This document shows, one piece after another, positions 26,407 through 34,051 of a DNA stretch of 64,000 nucleotides. How positions within the stretch are numbered: the first letter of the stretch is position 1; the number at the start of each line of letters is the position of its first letter. The translations under genes were made by a program, and so were the position numbers. The DNA comes from Peptococcaceae bacterium UBA6096 (lineage in GTDB: Bacteria; Bacillota; Peptococcia; DRI-13; UBA5745), in contig DIWW01000016.1 in the NCBI GenBank assembly GCA_002435905.1, positions 72,389 to 136,388 of the forward strand, written 5' to 3'. The notes under the pieces were generated by a model, which worked only from the letters and a program-made list of their open reading frames with translations, made no database searches and was not told the origin of the DNA.

Positions 26407-27723
26407 TCATCGAACCAGGGAGAAGGGAACGTCAAAACCCATTTCCCCCTGTTTTGTCAGCGTAAAACTGCCCAAGGGCCATAAGGAGATACGAACTGCG
26501 GCGCTGGCACTAATTTTTGTGTAATAGTCCGAAAGAACCAGGCTTTCAGGGGATGCGTTATGCCCCCAATAGCGGATGTTTGCCTCCAGAAGATCCTGCA
26601 GCCTATCCAGCTGTTCCCCTTCGGACTGCATCAGCAAAAACAGCCTGAGATGATCCCGATAGGACATTTTTAACTTTGTCTGCCCCGGAAACGCAGGGAT
26701 CTTTTCACCGCGGAACAAGGCTTCAACATCCGCCCGGCCGCGAGAGAAGCCTTCGACCATCGCAGCGCCCAGACGCAGAGACGGGTCGGCCGCCGCATTT
26801 TGGCTGAACTGATACGCACTGTGCAGGATCATCCGAAATAACAACATTCGGAAAGCTGACTGGCGAACGTTGTTCCAGTCATAAGCGTCGCCCCACAGGA
26901 TATATTCCGTTTCGCAGCGTGAAAAATAGCGCTGCCTTACTGTTTTGGCCGTCATATAATCCAATTGGTCCAAAATATAGGAGCCCCGAAGGATCCGCTC
27001 CCCGCCCTCAAGAAGCCCCGCTCTGAGACGTGTCTTTATGTCCACCGCCAATTGATTGAGAACCTGGCCCTCCCCTAATGCGCCGACCAACCAGGAAGCT
27101 GCTTCACCCAGGCTATGATCTTCAGCCGGTCTGACTTGATTTTCCTGCATTCCGGCGCCGGGGCTATTCCTCAGCCGATGGCTTGTCCAGCCTTGGATCG
27201 GCCACGGTGCCAGCAGCTGCCATAAAGACAAACCGGCGGCATCCTGAGCATTGGCCGTTTCAATGGAAAATGCTGCGTTGCCAAGGCCGTGAGGGAACGG
27301 ATTGATTTCCAGGAAATCCAGGATTTCGCTGCCAAAGCTTAACCAGCCTTCACAGGATTCCAGGTTCAGGATCTGTTGGTTAAGGATCGGCTTTCGGCTT
27401 AAACTGCCTGCTGGGTCATAGGTCAGCCGATAATCTTCCACCGTCATCTGCAGCGGGGCGCAAAGACTGTTCAGATTGTACTGCAAATAGTCCTTCCCCA
27501 GACCGGTTTGCTCCGGGCTTTGATGCAAAGCGAACAATCCCAGCTCCCGCATGATATCCGGATCATAACCTGCCAAGACAGAGGACAGTGAAGCCTGCAA
27601 ACCGCTTTCGATCTGCTGCGTGGCCAATGAATAGATCCCATAGTCATAGATCATCAGGAACGTCATGATCAGAAGCCCCGCCGTCAACAAGCATAAGATC
27701 GTCACGCTCCCTTTGTGTTTCAT
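26407..27723 (-). CDS. TadG-like large pilus-associated membrane protein
   Basis: MKHKGSVTILCLLTAGLLIMTFLMIY has a TadE/G-like N-terminal helix. Start ATG 27721-27723 forms a TGATG overlap with the upstream gene's stop; the track ORF extends to 27795. The rest has no motif I recognise. Confidence 0.5.
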   Translation of the reverse strand: MKHKGSVTILCLLTAGLLIMTFLMIYDYGIYSLATQQIESGLQASLSSVLAGYDPDIMRELGLFALHQSPEQTGLGKDYLQYNLNSLCAPLQMTVEDYRLTYDPAGSLSRKPILNQQILNLESCEGWLSFGSEILDFLEINPFPHGLGNAAFSIETANAQDAAGLSLWQLLAPWPIQGWTSHRLRNSPGAGMQENQVRPAEDHSLGEAASWLVGALGEGQVLNQLAVDIKTRLRAGLLEGGERILRGSYILDQLDYMTAKTVRQRYFSRCETEYILWGDAYDWNNVRQSAFRMLLFRMILHSAYQFSQNAAADPSLRLGAAMVEGFSRGRADVEALFRGEKIPAFPGQTKLKMSYRDHLRLFLLMQSEGEQLDRLQDLLEANIRYWGHNASPESLVLSDYYTKISASAAVRISLWPLGSFTLTKQGEMGFDVPFSLVR

Positions 27724-27974
27724 CAGAACCACCCTGGCAGCAATGAGGTCAAGCCGCGTCCCCAATCCAACAGCAGGTCCGTCTTCCGGATCCATGTGGC
27801 AGGCTGCGAAGGCATGGTCTGGCCTGACGGATCCTCCGGCAGGCTTTGGCGCTGCAAAGCATCATAAAGAGCATGACCGATCTGAATAAAAAGCACCAGG
27901 CACAAAATAATCAGCGGCATGATCAGCAAGGCTTCCACGGACAGGCTTCCCTTTTCTCTGCCAACGCCGGTCAT
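27723..27974 (-). CDS. TadE-like minor pilin (83 aa)
   Basis: REKGS-LSVEALLIMPLIILCLVLF has the same G-S/x-[ST]-V-E plus hydrophobic helix signature as the 234-aa protein. Overlaps the pilin gene by 4 nt. Confidence 0.55.
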   Translation of the reverse strand: MTGVGREKGSLSVEALLIMPLIILCLVLFIQIGHALYDALQRQSLPEDPSGQTMPSQPATWIRKTDLLLDWGRGLTSLLPGWF

Positions 27975-28210
27975 CCCTGGACTAAGGGGTTGTTACGGAT
28001 TTCGCTGAGGGAATCACCCAGGATATTTGCCATAATATCATTGACGAAGCTGAACAAATATGTGCGGAATATCAAAGCGATCCCAACCAGAACTGCCAGG
28101 ATCAGCACCACCTCCACCGTTCCCATGGCCTCCTCCCCCTGGCAGTTTCTCAATTGCCTACGGATTTTAAGCTTTGAAAAAACCATTCTGTTTGCGATAC
28201 GATCGATCAT
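27971..28210 (-). CDS. Flp-type (type IVc) prepilin candidate (79 aa)
   Basis: ...QGEEAMG-TVEVVLILAVLVGIALIF shows a basic leader, a Gly, then TVE and a hydrophobic helix. It sits between the tadBC-like and tadE-like genes. The exact start is uncertain. Confidence 0.5.
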   Translation of the reverse strand: MIDRIANRMVFSKLKIRRQLRNCQGEEAMGTVEVVLILAVLVGIALIFRTYLFSFVNDIMANILGDSLSEIRNNPLVQG

Positions 28211-28235
28211 TTTTCTCCCCCTTTTTTACATTGGT

Positions 28236-29507
28236 CTACAGGCTTAGAAGGGCAGGCGCCGCAGCCAGAAGCAGCGATGAGACCAGCATCATCATCAAAG
28301 GAAATATAAGCCATATCTCTCTTCGGCCGCCTTGCCGCTGCAAGAAAAGCAACCGCTGCTGGCGGAGACAGGCTGCTTCTTTTTTTAACAGGGTCCCCAG
28401 GTCTGAGCCGCCTCGCTTGTGATTCTGCAAAATCATCCCAGCGAGCCTTGAGGCTGCGGCTGCAGGACTTTGGGCCGCGATCCGGGATAGGGCTTCTGTC
28501 AAAGAGCCGTTAAAAGCCAGGGCTCCGCCGACTTGGCAAATCATCCGGTCAACCTCATGATCTTTGCCAACCCTTCGCTTGGCTTGCTGCCGCAACCGCC
28601 GCAGGGTTTGCTGCAAGGATGCAGCATACCGCCAGGCAGCTGGCAGGGTCAATCCTGCATGGATAAGTTGAGCCAGGCAATCCATGAAAACTGCCATGAC
28701 CAAATCACTGTTTCCGGAATGGTCTTCCACGATCAGTACGTAAAAGCAACCGCTGCCGATTAACTGCATCAACAAAACAGCCATCATCACCCAAGGGCCT
28801 TTGCCTTGATACATCGGCTGCAGATAGTCTGACATGGTCATCGAAAGTAAAAAAGTCAAAACAAAAGGCGCCGCTGCCATGATCAGCGCCTCCAGGCGTC
28901 TGGTCGCAAGCTGTGCCCACCGCTGCGCTTCGAATTCAAGATGGGCCTGCAGCTGTTCTTCGGTTTCCAGCACCATGGCGACAAGATTTGCCCCGGATTT
29001 GGTACCGATATTCAGCATCCCAGCCAGCCAAAGGGCTTGTTCCAGTCCTAATTGCTGGGCCAATTCCTCATACACCCGACCGATGGGCTGGTTCAGATCC
29101 AGCTTTCGGGCAGCATGCTGCCATGGGTTCGCAAAATCTTCATTCCGGCCGGCTTGGCGCTGCATTTCATGCCCCACTGCCTTGGTCGCTTCCGAAATGC
29201 TAAAACCCGCCCGCAGATAAAGAGCCAACAAATTCAGGCTGTCCTTGAGCCTTTGTCGCTCAAGCTGCTGATTCTTTTCCCTGCGGAAGCCCTCGAGCAT
29301 TTCATGGATCAACAGGCACATCACCGTTGCTGTGATCAGAATCCAAAACGTTTCACGAAAATAGAGACAGCCTGCAAAGATTCCGGCCGCCATCCCGCCG
29401 CACCAATCCAGCAAATCATCCCGACCGCTTTGATCCATTGGTCTTTTTCTGCTTTTCAGGGCTGTGTTGAGTGTCAAGGCGGTCAGTGGATTGCTGAAGG
29501 ATGCCAT
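28236..29507 (-). CDS. Type II secretion system F-family platform protein (fused TadB/TadC-like, two T2SSF repeats)
   Basis: Two repeats, LNLLALYLRAGFSISEATKAV and LAQLIHAGLTLPAAWRYA, each followed by TM helices. Overlaps cpaF by 25 nt (alternative start at 29438). Confidence 0.72.
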   Translation of the reverse strand: MASFSNPLTALTLNTALKSRKRPMDQSGRDDLLDWCGGMAAGIFAGCLYFRETFWILITATVMCLLIHEMLEGFRREKNQQLERQRLKDSLNLLALYLRAGFSISEATKAVGHEMQRQAGRNEDFANPWQHAARKLDLNQPIGRVYEELAQQLGLEQALWLAGMLNIGTKSGANLVAMVLETEEQLQAHLEFEAQRWAQLATRRLEALIMAAAPFVLTFLLSMTMSDYLQPMYQGKGPWVMMAVLLMQLIGSGCFYVLIVEDHSGNSDLVMAVFMDCLAQLIHAGLTLPAAWRYAASLQQTLRRLRQQAKRRVGKDHEVDRMICQVGGALAFNGSLTEALSRIAAQSPAAAASRLAGMILQNHKRGGSDLGTLLKKEAACLRQQRLLFLQRQGGRREIWLIFPLMMMLVSSLLLAAAPALLSL

Positions 29508-30694
29508 TGTTCTCCGCTCCTTTTCTTGGGCATCGGTTCCGCGGAACGCAGAAGCTGCCTGCCATCATAATAAAAGAGCAGCCGGCTTTCCACCCTCTCG
29601 CCTTGATGTCCAAGAATTTGGCGAATCTCGACCACCTTCCGGTTCCCGCTCTGATCCCTGGCCAAATGCACGATCAAATCCAGAGCGGATCCGATTTGTC
29701 GCCGGATCGCAGCAGCCGGCAATCCCACATTGGCCATCAAGGCCATGGTCTCGATCCGGGCGAGCATATCAAGGCTGGAATTGCTGTGACCGGTGGACAT
29801 CGCACCTTCATGGCCCGTGTTCATCGCTTGGAGCATATCAAAGGCTTCCGCTCCCCTCACTTCACCGACGATGATACGGTCCGGACGCAGCCTCAATGCC
29901 ATCCGGATCAGCTGCCGCAGGGTGATTTCTCCCTTTCCCTCTGTGTTGGGAGGCCTTGCTTCCATACGAACAAGATTGGCCTGGGCTCGGATTTGCAGCT
30001 CGGCGGCGTCCTCGATGGTCACCAAGCGCTCATTGTCAGGGACCATGTTGGCTAAGGTATTCAAGAGCGTGGTTTTTCCAGAGCCCGTGCCGCCGCTGAT
30101 GAATAGATTCCAGCGCTGCAGGACCGCCTGCCGTATGGTTTCTGCCGCTTCCGACGTCAAGGTGCCCCGGTGGACCAGGGTATCCAAGGGAATGTTTTGC
30201 GGGGAAAACTTCCGGATGGCCAGGATAGGGCCGTTAAGCGCAACGGGAGGCAGCACTGCCCCCATCCGTGAGCCGTCGGGCAGCCGGGCATCCACCAGAG
30301 GACTTGCTTCGGAAACCTGCCGGTTGACCTGGGCGCAGATCCTTTGGATCAAATCTTCCAAAGCTTCCGCATTAGGGAACGTCAGGCTTGTGCTGCAAAG
30401 TTCTCCCTCCCGTTCAACAAAGATCTGCTGAGGACCGTTGACCAGGACATCGGTCACCGCCTCATCATCCAGCAGCGGCTGAATGAGATCCATGCGACGC
30501 ATCTGGTTAAACAAGCTTTCAACCAAATCCTGTTTCTGCTCCAAGGTCAGATCATAAGGACGGCTTTGCGCCAGCACCAAAGCGGACAACATCTGATGGA
30601 TCTCCTGGTCTTGCCAGGTTTTATCGAAATGAAGACGGCTGCGCAATGCCGCCTCCACATCCTGAAGGCAGGCTCGATAATCGGCAGAAGGCAT
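29483..30694 (-). CDS. CpaF/TadA-family secretion ATPase
   Basis: VNGPQQIFVEREGEL...VDARLPDGSRMGAVLPPVALNGPILAIRKF, Walker A GGTGSGKTTLLN, IVGEVRGAEAFDMLQAMNTGHEG. Confidence 0.9.
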   Translation of the reverse strand: MPSADYRACLQDVEAALRSRLHFDKTWQDQEIHQMLSALVLAQSRPYDLTLEQKQDLVESLFNQMRRMDLIQPLLDDEAVTDVLVNGPQQIFVEREGELCSTSLTFPNAEALEDLIQRICAQVNRQVSEASPLVDARLPDGSRMGAVLPPVALNGPILAIRKFSPQNIPLDTLVHRGTLTSEAAETIRQAVLQRWNLFISGGTGSGKTTLLNTLANMVPDNERLVTIEDAAELQIRAQANLVRMEARPPNTEGKGEITLRQLIRMALRLRPDRIIVGEVRGAEAFDMLQAMNTGHEGAMSTGHSNSSLDMLARIETMALMANVGLPAAAIRRQIGSALDLIVHLARDQSGNRKVVEIRQILGHQGERVESRLLFYYDGRQLLRSAEPMPKKRSGEQWHPSAIH

Positions 30695-30716
30695 AATTTC
30701 TTCTCCTTTTTTACAT

Positions 30717-30745
30717 ATTTTACCATTTTCCTATGCTTGTGTAAA
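30717..30745 (-). promoter_or_regulatory. Candidate promoter of the Tad-like operon
   Basis: Minus strand has TTTACA/TTACAC (30739-30745), a 16-17 nt spacer, then TGgTAAAAT (extended -10; -10 at 30717-30722), about 20 nt upstream of the cpaF RBS AAAAGGAG. Confidence 0.4.
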
Positions 30746-30803
30746 GCGTTGCTGTAAATAATTGGAATTTTTTTATTTTTCGAATCTGCCTCACGCTCTG
30801 CAT

Positions 30804-30849
30804 AAAAAACCCGCAAACAAACCATCCTGCCGAAGGGCTTGCTTGCGGG
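30804..30849 (-). terminator. Rho-independent terminator after dtd
   Basis: The minus strand reads CCCGCAAGC...GTTTGCGGG followed by TTTTTTAT, 29 nt after the dtd stop. Confidence 0.6.
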
Positions 30850-30877
30850 CGCTTTTAATACGATGAAGCTACAGAAG

Positions 30878-31315
30878 CTAAGATTCCAGGATCAAGGTGA
30901 CAGGACCCTCATTGGTCAGGCTTACCTTCATATCTGCTTGAAATTCCCCTGTCTCTACCCTAGGGAATTTACTGCTTAGGATTTTGCAGAAGGTTTCAAA
31001 TTGGCTGCGGGCCGTTTCCGCAGGAGAGGATGCACTGAAGCTGGGCCGGCGGCCTTGGCGGCAATCGGCATATAATGTAAAGTTGGGCACCAGAAGAAGG
31101 CTTCCGCCGATGTCCAGGACCGACCGGTTGAGCTTTCCTGCCTCATCTTCAAAGATTCGCAGGTTGATCAATTTTTCGGCGATATATTCGAAAGCTTTCA
31201 CATTGTCTTCAGGAAGAAAGCCCACCAAGACCAGGATCCCTTCCTGGATTTCACCGATGATTTTGCCTTCGACCTTCACATCAGCAGACGATACGCGCTG
31301 AATCACTGCTCTCAT
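30878..31315 (-). CDS. dtd: D-aminoacyl-tRNA deacylase
   Basis: MRAVIQRVSSADVKVEGKIIGEIQEGILVLVGF...LLVPNFTLYADCRQGRRPSF is the canonical Dtd pattern. I moved the start to this ATG; the track ORF extends to 31402. Confidence 0.9.
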   Translation of the reverse strand: MRAVIQRVSSADVKVEGKIIGEIQEGILVLVGFLPEDNVKAFEYIAEKLINLRIFEDEAGKLNRSVLDIGGSLLLVPNFTLYADCRQGRRPSFSASSPAETARSQFETFCKILSSKFPRVETGEFQADMKVSLTNEGPVTLILES

Positions 31316-31336
31316 TTCCACACCTCTTTTCCACAT

Positions 31337-31416
31337 GCTCTGTCCCCCCCTTGTGCGGCGGCCGCACAAGGAGGGGACGGTGACTTTGTGCGGTGGCCGC
31401 ACAAAGTCACCGTCCC
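31337..31416. repeat. Two abutting GC-rich perfect or near-perfect hairpins (REP-like)
   Basis: GTCCCCCCCTTGTGCGGC pairs with GCCGCACAAGGAGGGGAC (31341-31377, one mismatch). GGGGACGGTGACTTTGTGCGG pairs with CCGCACAAAGTCACCGTCCCC (31373-31416, 21-bp perfect stem). The two share GGGGAC. No T-run follows on either strand. A GCTCTGTCCCC half-site lies at 31337-31347. Confidence 0.75.
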
Positions 31417-31423
31417 CTAAAAC

Positions 31424-32320
31424 TCAATCAAAGGCGATCCCCAAATACCCCAGATCCTCCGCCCTGATCTCTCTTTCCTTTTCATTATGGACCCGCAGCA
31501 TCCCGAAAGTTTCCACGGATCCCCCGAGTGGCTCTCCCTCAAAGGCCGGCAGCCGCAGCCGATAGACATCCGCTTTCAGCTGCTGCGCGATGATCTGAAG
31601 CCCGCCGTTTAGCTGGGCCGCAGGCAGCAGAAGCTCCTTGATCACGATGTCCCGGTCCCCGATTCGCTCAACCACCGCACAGCCCTGGACGGTTCCATGC
31701 TCCACGCCGTAAAGATCCGCACCGCTCATGTTGGAGAGCGCTTTTTGGTAAGCCAGGTCTTCATCCGAATAGGCGATGTGCAGGCGGCCTTCCAGCTGTC
31801 GGTTCCGCCGCCGGTTATATTCCTCCGCCGTGATGGGGTACAGCTTGAAGTCTTCCGTTCCCGACCCCGGCAGTTCAGCGATTTCTTTTGAATCCAGGCG
31901 AATCCTGCGCATAAAGAACATTTCGTGATAGGCGTAGCGTTCATAAAAGCCGAACAGGGATTTTTCCGCCGGAACCAGAACGGAGAACCCAATATCATTT
32001 TCATTCAGGTACTGATCGCAAAATCCCATCAGTTCCGAGGCAAAACCTTGTCCCCGGTATTGGGGATCGGTGGCCACCGCGAAAACCATCACCGCTTTGG
32101 CCTTATGTCCATCCGCGGTCACCAGGCTGACCGGCAGCAAGGTGGTCATGGCGGCAATCTCATCACGGTGAAGCAGCAACAGGGTCTGCTGTGCTTTATA
32201 ACGCTGCGTGTAATAGATTTCCATATCCTGTCCGCTGTCGCCGAAGCAGAGCCGCCAAATTTCTTTCTGGCGTTCCAAATCGTTTTTCTCCGCAAATCGG
32301 ATCGTGCTCACAACCAACAC
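31424..32320 (-). CDS. GNAT-family N-acetyltransferase (two-domain, Eis-like architecture)
   Basis: IRFAEKNDLERQKEIWRLCF...VFAVATDPQYRGQGFASELM matches the acetyl-CoA-binding pattern Q/RxxGxG/A. The start is a GTG/TTG cluster at 32311-32320; the exact codon is uncertain. Confidence 0.72.
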   Translation of the reverse strand: MLVVSTIRFAEKNDLERQKEIWRLCFGDSGQDMEIYYTQRYKAQQTLLLLHRDEIAAMTTLLPVSLVTADGHKAKAVMVFAVATDPQYRGQGFASELMGFCDQYLNENDIGFSVLVPAEKSLFGFYERYAYHEMFFMRRIRLDSKEIAELPGSGTEDFKLYPITAEEYNRRRNRQLEGRLHIAYSDEDLAYQKALSNMSGADLYGVEHGTVQGCAVVERIGDRDIVIKELLLPAAQLNGGLQIIAQQLKADVYRLRLPAFEGEPLGGSVETFGMLRVHNEKEREIRAEDLGYLGIAFD

Positions 32321-32366
32321 CCCCGCTCATTTCCTGATCAGGTCTTCCTGCCTGCGTGACCTGCCG

Positions 32367-33278
32367 TTAATTGTCGATCTGAATGTATTTCGCCAGATAT
32401 TTCTCTTCCATCCGTTCCGGATAGTAGGAAAGCTTTGCTTTTCTCAAGCCTTCCAGTCCCATATCCTCTTCCCGGTTGACGTACACCAGGTCAGGATATT
32501 TCTCTTGGAGATGGGACGCAAATTCATGATTGATCATCTGATACGACCCGTGGATCTCCGGGAAAGCCTTCTCAATATGGATATCATAGGTATCGGCGTT
32601 CAATCGTTCCCCCATGGTATAGGCGATCACCTTTCCATCCACCCGAAGCAGCCCGCCCTCCAGCCCAAGTTCCCAATAATAATCAAAGCATCTGCGAACG
32701 GCGCATTTTTCATTGGCAAGCTCCGGGTCTTTCCCGCATCCATGCTCTTTGCACCATTGCACGTTCATTTCCCAGCACGCATCCTTGTTTTCAGCGGTGA
32801 TCAGTTCAAAGGTCCATGGGTTGGTTGCCTTAAACCGGTTGATATGATTGCGTTTGGACTGTAATTTCTTTCCGGAAAGAGATACCAGTTTATCCAGGCG
32901 ATAGACATAGTCAAAAATATCCGGCAGCGCCTGATATTCAAAGCGGTCGGGATAAATCTGCCGGAGGGCTTCCACATTTTCCACCGATAAGCCGATCAGG
33001 GAAAAGGGGTGCTGCCGTTCCTCCGCATCCGCCTTCATGGTTTCGATCACGGATTTCAAGTCGCCGGTGCCTGCGGGAAAATAAAAGTGGGGGGCCAGGC
33101 TTTCACTGTTTTCCTTGACTACAAGGAAACCTTCCACCTGGGCCACTTCATACTTATAGACCTCGGTCCAGGCAAACATATTGGTGAAATTCTGGTGGCA
33201 TCCCCGAAAATTAGCTGCGGCAATAAGCGGGTCGATCCACTTTTTGTCATTGATTTCGATGTCCTTGAGTTTGATCAT
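32367..33278 (-). CDS. DUF2156 (lysyl-phosphatidylglycerol synthase C-terminal-like) domain protein
   Basis: DKKWIDPLIAAANFRGCHQNFTNMFAWTEVYKYEVAQVEGFLVV... and its ~300 aa length fit stand-alone DUF2156 proteins as I remember them. Start either ATG 33278 or 33290. Confidence 0.65.
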   Translation of the reverse strand: MIKLKDIEINDKKWIDPLIAAANFRGCHQNFTNMFAWTEVYKYEVAQVEGFLVVKENSESLAPHFYFPAGTGDLKSVIETMKADAEERQHPFSLIGLSVENVEALRQIYPDRFEYQALPDIFDYVYRLDKLVSLSGKKLQSKRNHINRFKATNPWTFELITAENKDACWEMNVQWCKEHGCGKDPELANEKCAVRRCFDYYWELGLEGGLLRVDGKVIAYTMGERLNADTYDIHIEKAFPEIHGSYQMINHEFASHLQEKYPDLVYVNREEDMGLEGLRKAKLSYYPERMEEKYLAKYIQIDN

Positions 33279-33789
33279 TTTGGTCCCCATCCATTCTTAA
33301 ATCGTTTAGGATCACTTTATAGGCCTTGACAAGATCCTGAAAGGTGCAGCCTGCGCAGTGGGCAGGGCTGGTTGACGGCAGATAAACCGACGGCATGCCT
33401 GTATCCGCGGCACAGTATTTTCTGTAGAGGGCTGTGGACCTTCTACCGGTTGTGTAGATCTGGCCGATCCTGGCACAGGACAGGATCTTTTTCAGGTCAT
33501 TGACCTGAGGGTTTCGGATGCTGCTGTCCTGGGCGCCGGTGATATCGCAGGACTTCAGCACATCCCATAAGGCGATGTGCCGCTCTTTCAGAAATGATTT
33601 TTTCTCTTCGTTGCTTATGGGTACCTTCTCACCAAACACTTCAGCCAAAACCCGCCAGAAACGGTTTTGGGGATGTCCGTAGTAAAAACCGGTTTCCCTG
33701 GATTTCGGTGAGGGCATTGTACCTAAAATCAGGATTTTCGAGGCGCTGTCATAAAACGGTTCCAGAGGATGCATAATGTTTTCTCTCAT
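33247..33789 (-). CDS. Uracil-DNA glycosylase superfamily protein (DNA-deoxyinosine glycosylase-like)
   Basis: HPLEPFYDSASKILILGTMPSPKSRETGFYYGHPQNRFWRVLAEVFG. Start at MRENIM (AAGGAG 5 nt upstream). The 3' end overlaps the DUF2156 gene by about 32 nt. Confidence 0.8.
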   Translation of the reverse strand: MRENIMHPLEPFYDSASKILILGTMPSPKSRETGFYYGHPQNRFWRVLAEVFGEKVPISNEEKKSFLKERHIALWDVLKSCDITGAQDSSIRNPQVNDLKKILSCARIGQIYTTGRRSTALYRKYCAADTGMPSVYLPSTSPAHCAGCTFQDLVKAYKVILNDLRMDGDQNDQTQGHRNQ

Positions 33790-33937
33790 GACGGCTCCTT
33801 CTTCGCATAAAAACCCTCTCAATCGAAAATCTGTTTCACTTTTATTATAGAATCTTTCACATCGCTTTGTCTATCTTCAAATCATCAGGAGATTTCGCCG
33901 CATCAGGCCTTGGACGATCCGGTGCATCGAGGGATCG

Positions 33938-33977
33938 AAAAAAAGTGTGCTGCAGACTCCCCAATCTGCAGCACACT
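33938..33977 (-). terminator. Rho-independent terminator after the SSS transporter gene
   Basis: Minus strand has GTGTGCTGCAG-ATTGGGGAGT-CTGCAGCACAC followed by TTTTTTT. Confidence 0.68.
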
Positions 33978-34051
33978 TATGTTCAATCTTCCGTCCCAGG
34001 AGGATTCACTCAATTTTAGGAGGACCTAAACCGGCGGCCGTCGATCAGTTC

